Source: Phoronis australis
Lineage: Eukaryota; Animalia; Phoronida
NCBI GenBank assembly: GCA_002633005.1
Contig: NMRA01000125.1
Coordinates: 394,413-458,412 of the forward strand
Length of the DNA: 64,000 bases
Direction of reading: 5' to 3'
Shown here: piece after piece, positions 56,501 to 64,000 of the stretch
Layout: every line of letters starts with the position of its first letter
Position numbering within the stretch: position 1 is the stretch's first letter
The notes under the pieces: generated by a model
Databases searched by the model: none
What the model was told of the DNA's origin: nothing
Seen by the model: the letters and a program-made list of their open reading frames with translations, nothing else
Program-made: the position numbers and the translations under genes

Positions 56501-57236
56501 GAAAAAGAACAGTAGAAAAAGCTAACGTCCAAATTTGATGGCTTATGTTGTTTTCATTAAATTTCACCTCACGAGTTGATTCCAACCAACTGCCTGCAGC
56601 AGTAACATAAGCAAATTTCTGACAACACCAACAACTTTCCTCATTGGTGAGCAGTCTGGCAATATTTCAAGCTCTAACAAGAAACAAAAACAAAGACAAG
56701 TGACAGGAAACTAGATGGGTAAATAAATACCACACCTGTTTATTTTACAGCTCATCAGGGGACTGTATATTAGGTCAAAGTTCAGAGACCTGCAGGTTGG
56801 CATTTGTTAGCTATCTACTTTTGCAAAAACATTAAAATGACTTGATACAGCAAAAAATAGCAAGAGTGTAATAGGCAAAAATAATTGTTAAACACAAATT
56901 TTAATATAGTATTTAAGACTCGAGAAATAAAAAGTAGCAAACCGTTACTTATTAGTTTTAAGCTGATCTTGATTTTAAGCTTAACTTTAAAATGTTTATG
57001 CACAGCACTTAAGGAGAACAGGTCTGGGATTTCTACCCCGTGCGGGGACCGAGTTTACATCCGCCAGTGCCTGGGTCCTGCAATGATAAAAAGCAAGATG
57101 TAATTGTTGATACTTACACCATTGATGGAAGAGAATGACCGACGCTGCCTGTGGCCGGAGTGACGCAGCCATGGAATTGTCACCTCATGGTAACTGTACT
57201 CATGCTGAGCTGTACCCGTCTTAGAAGAGCCTGACA
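4492..57236 (-). CDS. ADAM-family metalloprotease-disintegrin (ADAM12/19/33, meltrin-like), multi-exon gene; signal-peptide exon not located
   Basis: Join of 57118-57236, 33807-33880, 31352-31430, 30204-30286, 28699-28876, 27517-27600, 24811-24882, 24266-24435, one of (21525-21609, 21109-21193, 20958-21042), 16995-17125, 14488-14755, 13563-13694, 12661-12833, 11248-11455, 10421-10498, 9455-9566, 6164-6305, 4492-5500. Total 3197 nt (2 nt + 1065 codons including stop), all GT-AG, with continuous frame and canonical ADAM domain order. Exact orthology needs a phylogeny. Confidence 0.95.
6164..6305 (-). CDS. ADAM exon 18: transmembrane segment
   Basis: cttatag|GT TTG GAT...TAT CA|gtacgt. Encodes [48 protein letters not shown]: a hydrophobic helix followed by a basic stop-transfer stretch. 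The frame differs from the ORF track. Confidence 0.92.
6432..6935. repeat. Minisatellite, 51-bp unit (49-bp variants), about 10 copies
   Basis: Unit cagtggccatctatgcacagccagtctttttgttagagatagctacatcaa repeated head to tail, degenerating at the right end. Confidence 0.97.
7311..7566. mobile_element. ~250-bp MITE-like repeat, copy 1
   Basis: Imperfect TIRs (gtaatttgtcacttatttagcaca / tgtgctaaataggtgtttaagatttac). Shares internal blocks such as tttcaaaggctgattacttt with 7949-8187. Confidence 0.6.
7949..8187. mobile_element. ~240-bp MITE-like repeat, copy 2 (same orientation as copy 1)
   Basis: TIRs ggtaacactccacttatttt / ctaaataagtgaagaattacc; colinear similarity to 7311-7566. Confidence 0.6.
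9455..9566 (-). CDS. ADAM exon 17: EGF-like domain
   Basis: ttcttcag|GTG TGT AAT...AAA G|gtaatc. Encodes [37 protein letters not shown], the typical ADAM EGF plus GGSxxSGP motif. Confidence 0.95.
10421..10498 (-). CDS. ADAM exon 16: end of Cys-rich domain and start of EGF
   Basis: ttattccag|ATG TGT GTC...CAT GGG|gtaggt. Encodes [26 protein letters not shown], phase 0-0. Confidence 0.93.
11209..11286. repeat. 38-bp tandem duplication straddling the exon 15 donor
   Basis: gttatcaccacatgagctgccatctggcaccatacc occurs at 11213 and 11251; one mismatch per period. Confidence 0.95.
11248..11455 (-). CDS. ADAM exon 15: Cys-rich domain (hypervariable region)
   Basis: cttacag|G GAT GTT ATG TGT...AAC AAG|gtatgg. 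Encodes DVMCGMLHC...[15 protein letters not shown]. Confidence 0.93.
11529..12310. mobile_element. TTAA-flanked non-autonomous DNA transposon (Kolobok/piggyBac-like) containing an assembly gap
   Basis: TTAA-AAGGGAACTGTA ... TACAGTCCCCTT-TTAA: 12-bp TIR with 1 mismatch. The N run lies inside, so the true length is unknown. Confidence 0.6.
11910..12049. other. Assembly gap (140 N)
   Basis: Run of N. Confidence 1.
12661..12833 (-). CDS. ADAM exon 14: Cys-rich domain
   Basis: gttgcag|TCT CAC TGT TAT...GAG GA|gtgagt. Encodes [20 protein letters not shown]...[18 protein letters not shown]. Confidence 0.94.
13001..13105 (+). mobile_element. tRNA-derived SINE head (fragment)
   Basis: A-box-like gtggcctggttga and B-box ggttcgagttc at tRNA-like spacing, followed by cccttgagccagg as in many SINE bodies. 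No intact cloverleaf. Confidence 0.65.
13563..13694 (-). CDS. ADAM exon 13: disintegrin loop
   Basis: gttctag|TTC AAA GCT...GCT GGG|gtaagt. Encodes [44 protein letters not shown] (ECD-type loop, no RGD). Confidence 0.96.
14072..14276. mobile_element. Short hAT-like MITE relic
   Basis: Right end ctagatccgccactg (reverse complement CAGTGGCGGATCTAG); degenerate left end cggtagcggacggagggg; G/C-run subtermini. No clean TSD. Confidence 0.45.
14488..14755 (-). CDS. ADAM exon 12: end of metalloprotease domain and start of disintegrin
   Basis: ttttaccag|T GGT CGA...TGT CAG|gtaagg. Encodes [11 protein letters not shown]...CLYDKP...[32 protein letters not shown]...[13 protein letters not shown]. Confidence 0.97.
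16995..17125 (-). CDS. ADAM exon 11: catalytic zinc-binding motif and Met-turn
   Basis: gttacag|GAC CAC CAA...AGT GG|gtaggt. Encodes [44 protein letters not shown], with intact HExxHxxGxxHD and CIM, so predicted catalytically active. Not in the ORF track. Confidence 0.97.
20958..21042 (-). CDS. ADAM alternative exon 10c (85 nt, phase 2-0)
   Basis: ttttgttctgtag|G GGC ATA...AAT CGG|gtaagg. Encodes [28 protein letters not shown]. Confidence 0.9.
21109..21193 (-). CDS. ADAM alternative exon 10b (85 nt, phase 2-0)
   Basis: gtgttccatcag|G GGG CGC...GTC GCG|gtaacg. Encodes [28 protein letters not shown]. Confidence 0.88.
21525..21609 (-). CDS. ADAM alternative exon 10a (85 nt, phase 2-0)
   Basis: cttgtttcag|T GGT TAC...AAT ATG|gtatga. 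Encodes [28 protein letters not shown]. Confidence 0.9.
24266..24435 (-). CDS. ADAM exon 9: metalloprotease domain
   Basis: tttttcag|TTG TTC AAC...ATC AC|gtaagt. Encodes [18 protein letters not shown]...RNDNAQFIT. Confidence 0.96.
24811..24882 (-). CDS. ADAM exon 8: metalloprotease domain
   Basis: cctttcag|TTT CGT GAC...AAC GCA|gtaaga. Encodes [24 protein letters not shown], 72 nt, phase 0-0. Confidence 0.93.
25496..26901. mobile_element. Non-autonomous Tc1/mariner-pogo-type element, ~1.4 kb, TA TSD
   Basis: TA-CCGTATTCGCCATAATAACCGCCCA ... TGGGCGGTTATTACGGCGAATACGG-TA: 25-bp TIR with 1 mismatch. No transposase ORF. Confidence 0.9.
27517..27600 (-). CDS. ADAM exon 7: furin site and start of metalloprotease domain
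   Basis: ttgttgtag|GTA CGG CGA...AGA CAG|gttggg. Encodes [28 protein letters not shown]; forms RVRR with exon 6. Confidence 0.94.
28699..28876 (-). CDS. ADAM exon 6: prodomain C-terminal part
   Basis: gtttgcag|A GGT CTT...CAG AGG|gtatgt. Encodes [25 protein letters not shown]...AHQR. Confidence 0.92.
30204..30286 (-). CDS. ADAM exon 5: prodomain
   Basis: ttctacag|AAG AGT TAT...CTA AG|gtgaga. Encodes [28 protein letters not shown], the classic CYYxG...STCxGLxG prodomain motif. Confidence 0.95.
31352..31430 (-). CDS. ADAM exon 4: prodomain
   Basis: tgtttcag|A AAT ATA...TTA GAG|gttagt. Encodes [26 protein letters not shown]. Phase 2-0 exactly bridges exons 3 and 5. Confidence 0.88.
31514..31790. 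repeat. Tandem repeat, 97-bp unit, about 2.9 copies
   Basis: tcaaatttgtttaattttaaatcacgcagtgtcatctttcaaaaccattgtaccc... starts at 31514, 31613 and 31710. Confidence 0.95.
32175..33440. repeat. Interspersed repeat, copy B, interrupted by a TTAA element
   Basis: Flanks 32175-32470 and 33363-33440 match the reverse complement of 1890-2275 contiguously. Confidence 0.7.
32475..33358. mobile_element. Non-autonomous TTAA-specific DNA transposon (Kolobok-like), 884 bp
   Basis: TTAA-GGTTATGTCCAACCTTATT ... AATAAGGTTGGAAATATCC-TTAA: 19-bp TIR with 2 mismatches. The paralogous repeat near 1970 lacks the insertion. Confidence 0.85.
33807..33880 (-). CDS. ADAM exon 3: prodomain
   Basis: tgtttcag|AAT CAC GCT...AAT AG|gtgagt. 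Encodes [25 protein letters not shown] (LxLxxN motif). Confidence 0.92.
35059..36323. mobile_element. Diverged inverted copy of the 25496-26901 element, truncated at one end
   Basis: Begins ccgctattcgccctaattagcgcccatg...acgcgttttcagactttgct, matching the reverse complement of 26901 leftwards. Shares aacttcaaaacaaacgtcacgtgacaacaacatgtgt and atattggcactaatttccga. Confidence 0.85.
38767..39050. repeat. Minisatellite, 17-18-bp unit (gttgtgacctgctgtcac), about 16 copies
   Basis: Directly visible. Each unit contains the inverted pentamers GTGAC and GTCAC. Confidence 0.97.
40773..41215 (+). mobile_element. Solo LTR, 443 bp, 5-bp TSD CTTAC (BEL/Pao- or Gypsy-like)
   Basis: CTTAC-TGTTGATG ... CTCCTACA-CTTAC. 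TATATAA at 40846, AATAAA at 41167, internal gtaagt (40957) to tttcag (41117). Confidence 0.82.
45225..46665. mobile_element. Decayed DNA-transposon-like element carrying a HIRAN-like relic ORF
   Basis: Subterminal repeats cccatgctcagctta / taagcgccc at the left and gcttaccatccaccc / ttaagcaccc at the right resemble the CCGTA-type MITE ends in this window. Boundaries are approximate and no TSD was seen. Confidence 0.45.
45574..45868 (-). pseudogene. Frameshifted HIRAN-like domain ORF
   Basis: Two overlapping frames give [16 protein letters not shown]...[18 protein letters not shown] and [11 protein letters not shown]...[26 protein letters not shown]. This matches from memory the HIRAN pattern VRGxH...ExxNxxDxxAV and the GLEIP tail of invertebrate stand-alone HIRAN proteins. 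Confidence 0.7.
50084..50616. mobile_element. ~530-bp MITE (PIF/Harbinger-like ends), copy 1
   Basis: TIRs agttgctttcccattag / ctaatggaaaagtgacct; internal repeats of cgaaactt / cgaagttt. Confidence 0.7.
51565..52047. mobile_element. Inverted copy 2 of the 50084-50616 MITE
   Basis: Colinear reverse-complement match, e.g. aagttatcgctatgacaacagacaac, tgagtagtgggttc, tgaaaatgatcagtg, ctacaataacaaagaacac. Confidence 0.8.
52628..53299. other. ~175-bp duplication across a 1-N contig join; probable allelic overlap
   Basis: 52628-52800 recurs at 53125-53299 directly after the N at 53124, with a few substitutions and indels. Confidence 0.8.
52801..53123. mobile_element. Left end of a hAT-like element, truncated at the contig join
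   Basis: Starts CAGGCCTTCATGCAGGG exactly where the duplicated flank diverges; subterminal gacgccc repeats. Confidence 0.55.
57118..57236 (-). CDS. ADAM exon 2: prodomain N-terminus with an upstream furin-type site
   Basis: ttttacatttacag|TG TCA GGC...AAT GGT|gtaagt. Encodes [39 protein letters not shown] (YxxVxP and RxRR). Phase 1-0 fits exon 3. Confidence 0.82.
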
Positions 57237-59640
57237 CTGTAAATGTAAAATTCAAAATGTGACGATAATTAGCATAATTCAGTTCACATTTGCGATGAGC
57301 TCAGACCAGGGTTAGTGTTCTCAGCAACATTCTACTAGTCTCGAGTTGGTTACCAGAGGTCCGTTTTCTCACAGGTCCAGTCGTAGCTGATGAAGACAGT
57401 CGTCGGTCACCATTATTACTACAAACATGGCACTGGGTTTTTTGGAAGAATGTAAACAATGCAACTGATACTAAGTTGACATTTTTTCAAATGTAGAATT
57501 TTGACGACTGTCTTCACAAACCATGTTCAAGAATTGTTTTCAAATCAAATTCAAATTACATCCATCTTTAAGACCAGACATTCAACCTTTGATAAAACTG
57601 ACCCCTGTAGCCCAGCAACGAAACTCAATGCATCTCTGAGAGAGCACTGAACTCTCAACTGCTAAGCCCTGTACAAACATACTGTCTTAGGTATATGAAA
57701 AGTCACAGTGAGAAGTCTGTAAAAAAGGAGGAAACTATAGTACATTAGAGATGCAAACTTTGACAAGACCAGGCTCTATGAACAAATGCATAGACAGTGA
57801 CGGCAAAAAATCAAATGGGAACAACTTGTCCCGAGGCAACTTGCCATGTGAACGCATCCAGCTCTTTCAATCACCAAAACGATGTTTTAAATTCAATGAA
57901 CGGGCTTATGGGCACGGTCATTATAAAAAATTACTTAGCAGTTTTTTTAAAATTTGGAAGATAACCTGCGACCTCATTGTGTCGGTATATTATTGAAATG
58001 TGAATTATGAAATGATACTTTGCATATGATAATTGTTCTAGTTTGTTTGTAATATATTGAAGTTCTTTCCTGCTATGCGGACTCCCTTCATAATCAGGAA
58101 ATCTACTAGGATTTCATTTGGTTAAACTTGCTCAATCCCACATCAAAGGTGTATCTGGCATTCATCATTCAGCCAGAGTGCAGTCAGGTGAGAGTGCCTT
58201 ATCAGAGCACACCAGACATGACATTTGAAGTAGACACCAAACATGAGTTTGAAAGATAACAGCAGAATTCACCTGTTAACAATTGAGCAAAACAAGAAAC
58301 CGACATCAAGCTTTGGTTGAAAATGGAAAATCAGTATTTGCTTTTAAAGATTCCCCACGCAATAATGTCGGGCTACATCCCTTTTCCAAATGACACGACT
58401 TGGATAGTGAAAGTGCTACAATTTCAACTGTGACCTAAAATCGAGGTTTTGCCAAACTGCGTTAAAAAATATCCAATTTAGTACATTGGGCATGTAGAAT
58501 TTAGGAGATGGAAATTCCAACATTCTGCAATTTGGGACAAGGGCCATTTGGCATTCGCCATACGTCTTAAATTGCACACAAAGTATTTCCAATCTACAGA
58601 GTGGGTAATTTTGTCATCTTTCCAATGATTCTTGAATTTGGGAAGGCCAATACTGCCTATTTCTAGAATTTGTGTCAAGTCTTAGTAGTAGGCCTAGCCA
58701 ATAAAGTATTGTCTGTAATCAGCAGAGTTCTCAAACACCTAATTGTTCATCATTGACAACATGGACACCTGCCAAAAACTTCTAAATCACCCAAAACTTA
58801 TTTACCATATTGCACAAATGCTGAGTAATTTTAACAATAGCTAAAAAGCAACTTAAGCTCCCCCCTCCGTAGATCAACAATCCCTTTACGTCCACAATGT
58901 CATCACAGAATTCAGTTGGGGATTTCCAAACAGCCTCAGACATAGAAGTGGTGTGTTCATCAAAACTTGTTAACTTACCCCTAAGTTAAACCAGGATTTT
59001 GACCCAAGATTCTAATCACCTAGCAGGTATTCCATCAGGCTCTTATCAGACATTAATAGACTGACATTGTACCACAACCCTATTTATCACCATTTGCTTG
59101 ACAACAAAACAAACTCTCTAATGACAAAGGATAACTTAAAACATCTCATAAAAATATTTGATTTCAGGTTTTACTGAACAGAAGTTTGTTAATTCCGAAA
59201 ATATATACACCACAGGAGAGTATAGCACTGTTTATCAACATGTCAGAACACATTTGCTCATCACCATTTTTGAGACTGGCTGGAAAGGAAATCAAAAAAG
59301 TGTGTTAATCAATTAATTCCAAATGCAACATCCTCGAGCAGAAACCAACACCACTGCTTCAACCTACTCTTCCACCATGCGGTACCAATTAATTCATAAA
59401 TTGAGTCATCAAAGCCCTATTTCCTCCAACACCATAGAGGGGGGTCATTTAGTCAAGACACATCCTGGATGTGCTGGGCCCAAAGTTGGCTTGGAACAAA
59501 ACAAAAAGATTGTCCCTCAGAGAACAATGCATAACTTAGTAATTAGTTCAGATCAGCATGAAGTTTAAAAACACATTGTATCGAACTGTTTACTCCAGAC
59601 TGATCAGAAACTGTGGATTAATCAAAATTTGCATTTGGAA

Positions 59641-59831
59641 TTGGTTCTTTAATCTCATAAAATCAGTCTCGTAATATTTCTTACTGTGACAGGATTCCAT
59701 TTCTGTTGCCAACAACAACACCGAAACCATCACCTACTCAGGAAAACGCTTCGATGTTGTTGGCAACGGAAATGGAATACTGTCGCAGTAAGGTTTATTA
59801 CGACACCGATTTTATGAAAGTAAAGGGCCAA
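59641..59831. repeat. Long imperfect palindrome (fold-back element)
   Basis: 59641-59725 is the approximate reverse complement of 59750-59831, with a loop of about 25 nt. Confidence 0.9.
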
Positions 59832-62800
59832 AATTGATTTTCGTTCTGTAGCCAACTAAAGAGGGCAAAATGCAGCTTTAAAGTGGTCACTCACTACCTG
59901 ACTTACAAAATTAATTACGTGCAAAATCGTTGACAGTAGCTATCAGTAGTGTCCACAATTAGAAAGGGAGACCTGAACCACTTGACCCAGGGATGTGTAC
60001 AGTAACTGAACTGGAGGAAATAAACCATTGTAAAACATAATACATGGGAGGTGGCATCCTAACCACACTTCAATACCATTTAAGTGGTGCTGCAACTACC
60101 ATTTTTAAATTTTGGGCCATAAACTCACTCTTGATGAACTTGATCAAGGTATTTGTACCAACAGCGTTCATATCTAAGTTTCATGTTTAACACAATTGCT
60201 CTCTCAAAAAAAATTTTTTTTTTCAGTGTCAAGCACCACAGACAGTTCTTGCCTGGTACTCAAGCCATTTTGGAACAAAAACCATTGTTCTTCTTAAAAC
60301 TAATGCTGTTCTGGCCACTCAGCGTTGGAGTCCCTAAAATTTATTTATTTAGCCCACTTAATTACTAGTTAAGTGAGTGCCATGTTGGCATTTATCCAAC
60401 AAAAACTTCAGATCCATCCAAGGACAAAACTAAACTACCTAATTTTGCTTCGAACAAGAGCAACACAGTGTGCTGATGTGCGCCCACTGTGTGCATGGAA
60501 AACAGCACCTGTATTAGTGTTATAAGCTCAAGTAAAAACTCAAAATTTCAAGTAAAAATTCAGACTCAAGCTTTTAGCCAGCGTACTTATATAACTATAC
60601 AATAGTGTTTGTATCAGAAGTGGTTCCTTTATGGCATTTCTTCAACAATACTGAATTACGTCTAACATAGGTATATGTAATGAAAGAACAAACACAGGTT
60701 AACGAACAGTAATATAGAATAAATAGATTACTCTAGTGCTGAGGTCACCAAGTGCAAACTGGTATTAGAAACTCATCTCCATAGCTATTATATAATGTAG
60801 CATAGAATAATAGATACTGATGTCGAGATCATACAAAAGTAAAATAGAAAATGCCGAAAATAATTTCGAATAATAAGATTAGACAGCGGTCTCCTGCGGT
60901 CACCTTGTATGGAGCAATTTCAGCATGGGGAGAATGGAGTTCAGGGGTACCAGGGCTTGGTAATTTGCACAGTTAGGTTTGGTGTCTGCTGTTCAAGACC
61001 GCAACTTTCTTCTCATCACAAAATTACAAATGCAAAGGAAATCAGACACTTGAGATTAAAGGATATGTGTGATGAAATTTCCAAGTTTAATTGTTTAGAA
61101 CACAGGTAAGTTGCTGAAACTGGGCTTTGGGCCATTACGCATTTAATTGAGTGCACCTGGGCTCAGTGCAAGCTTGCCTGGACCTCCATTGACATCATTA
61201 AGCTTTGCATGCAGTCAATAACAGCAATCAGTTCATTCATCAAAAACATGAGAATTGTACTTAGGAACTCCAGACATCAGAAAACTAATGGAAGACGAGA
61301 CACAAGTAATGAAGATTAATCAATATCAACCTGACCACATGAGAAATTTTTTTATCAACACGACGAGATATCGACATTTCCATGAACCAGACAGATTTTC
61401 ATTGAAGTCCAGGTTTTGTTCACCAATCAAACATGACTAATGTCTTCAAAACTTTTCACCTCAAACAAAACATTGCAAAGCAAATGTGGTAAATGTAAAA
61501 GTGAAAAAAGTTGTCTTACTCTGTCACAAACAGAACAGAGAAAAGGTTTAACCAGTAAAGAAAATGATTCTTTTCAATCTTAGGGTGGTGTATCAGTTCT
61601 CTAGAAAGCCAGTATCTTACAATTTGGCTGGTTTAGCAAAATTGAGGGTTACATCTAGTGTGTAATGGTATCTTTCCATCTTTTCTGTATTAAAATCAAA
61701 TTACTGCTAAGGAGTGATGCAGAGCAGAGACCTCAGGGCGTAACGGGGGGGGGGGAGTAGGTACTCGATTATATTTAGAAGGGGAGCAGCTAGCAAATAA
61801 GGATGCTCATCCATTTGGGACTAGATTTGGAAGAGAGAAACTCATTAGCAGGGAGCGAAAAGGTCACCTTTTCATAGGATTTTGTTCCTGACTAACACTT
61901 TACCCTTTTATGAGGATAGTTCAATTAAGGTGACCACATAGTAGGGATACCCTTTTGTGGGATAGTTCCATAAAAGTGACCACCTGGTAGGGATACTTGA
62001 GATAAACTAATTGTACACCATTTAAGCCAGTGAGTGAGTGCATCTCTGGCAACCTAAGTCATAAAAAGAATGACTCCTGGAAATTAACCATAGTTGGAAA
62101 ATGAACCTCTACGTAGATGTTTCGCACCATCAAAGTGAGCCAATTTGCAATGAATTAAATCAGAAAGGTATTATTTTGTCATTAATTTTGTCAGAAAAGG
62201 CACCCTTTCTTCAAAGGAAAACTGTTCGTAAAACGTCACTTTTTTGAGTGTGACGTCCTGAATACCTCTTCCAAACAAGGGCTATCAGTACCCCTTTGAT
62301 TATAGGTTAGCTTCCTTTTAAAGGGTGAACTGTTAACTCCGTTCACAAACTGAAAATTTCATAAGAAGCAAAATACCAGTAGTGTGAACAAGACCCACTT
62401 ACTGACACTTTGTTGCATCATATAGGAAAATACCACCTTTTCATCAAGTTATCAGGTAGTTTCAAACACAAAAGCCAACCTGTACAGTCTACAATTTACA
62501 ATCACGCACAATTTTGCAAACTCATAATCACACGTTGATTGCAACTACAATGTGTGACACTGTATTCCCAAGAATATTTTTTCTATAAAATGTGACACCG
62601 TATTTCCAAAAATATTTTTTTTATAAAGTGCCAAACAATATTCCCAAAATATTTTTCCAGAAATTTTGTTTACATTACAGCATTCAGTTGACCAACACAG
62701 GAGCCCCATTCTGTATACATTACCCCCAAACACAAGATCACTAAGTCTTCCTAAATTATCACCATTCATTTCAAGTCAAGCACATGATTACATCATCTTT

Positions 62801-64000
62801 ACTACAGAGATTCTTGCATCTCAGGTCCAGGGCAGACTGGGCAAGAATACTACCAAGAAATCATTCTTGCCATAAGTTGCTGGCCTCCACAGTTTAAGAC
62901 ACATTCATCTTGCATGTAATCTGAGTGACTGGGGTCAACAGATAAGACATTTATGACCTGCAATAGGGTACATTATATAACCCCACAGTCCCTGTTGACA
63001 AATATCCCAATTCTTTTAAAACAGGATGTGGCACTGTAAACAAATTACAGCTGGGTTACTGAATGAACAATAGACCAACTGGAAACCACAGGTTGACAAA
63101 CTCCAACCATCAGCAGATAACAATCCACATGTTTCATGCAAGACAGAACATGACCAAGAAAGTGTAATTTTTCTTTGCTGTAATGGTGCCAGACCTAGCT
63201 GATCACACACTGGGACACATGGAATTCACTACCTGAGAGTCTTGGCAAGCTATAGTGCCTTGGTATACAGCTGAGAATGTTTGGAAAGCTAAAATAATGT
63301 AGTGTAATATAATACAGGAATGCCAGCAACATCATGTCAGACCACAGTTGAAGGCAGTAGTTCAAGCATGACATTTGGCTCATTTTGATAGCTAGACAAA
63401 CAATTGTATGTAGCCTGCACCAGGAGTACAAAATGATTCAGCTTCAAGTGAGGATGCAGTAGTGACTGGGATGCTGGGGGATGTCGGCCCGTCCCTTTTT
63501 TACAGTCAGGAGGCGTGTCACCTAAGCCAAAAACATTTCACACCTCTTTAATGTGGTCTAAATTTAATAAAGATAAGTTCATTTCAAGTTATCAATATTT
63601 CATTCTCCACAAAAAACTTGTCCCATTGAAGCTCTAAATAACAACAGTGGTCACTGTCCCCTGAATATGACATTTGTCCTGTACAGCATCATTATACTAT
63701 GCAAGACTGTTGCCCAAGACAAGCTCTAGGGGTCAGTGTCCGTAAAAATAACATTTGCCCTGCACATCATTTTAATTTGATATATGTTGTTTGACCACAA
63801 CTTGCACTTTGATGGGCAACTGACCGATAGAACAAGTTGGATCATGGGTACATACTCTAGAACACTGAAATGGCAGTCTGACGTGAAAACGTGAGATCGT
63901 GCAAGTGAAAGGTGAGTTTTCCATGGCTATGATAGGTAACTTACAGTAAAATTACGCCACATTAGGACAAAGAATAACGGCCAAAATTGATAAACTTCAT

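Noticed and set aside
63233-63335. Candidate signal-peptide exon 1 (MMLLAFLYYITLHYFSF...RLS G|gtagtg, phase 1)
   Set aside because: The phase fits exon 2, but the donor is weak, the hydrophobic core is poor and there is no promoter-like context. The true exon 1 may lie beyond the window; needs 5' RACE or RNA-seq.

Overview
AT-rich, intron-rich animal genomic DNA; the repeat content suggests an invertebrate, but this is inference. Almost the whole window is one minus-strand gene for a membrane-anchored ADAM metalloprotease-disintegrin of the ADAM12/19/33 (meltrin-like) type. I rebuilt 18 exon positions by hand (57236 down to the stop at 4492). All have GT-AG boundaries and compatible phases, giving about 1064 aa plus a signal-peptide exon that I could not place. 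Domain order is prodomain, furin site RVRR, metalloprotease with intact [12 protein letters not shown] and Met-turn, disintegrin (ECD loop), Cys-rich, EGF, TM, and a long Pro/Tyr-rich tail. The main finding is three tandem paralogous 85-nt exons (20958-21609). Only one can be included in frame, and each encodes a different version of the substrate-binding edge strand, which suggests a mutually exclusive splicing switch for protease specificity. The introns carry MITEs, a solo LTR with a 5-bp TSD, a tRNA-derived SINE, a HIRAN-like relic ORF, tandem repeats, a long hairpin and two assembly gaps. Exon numbers assume one missing upstream exon.
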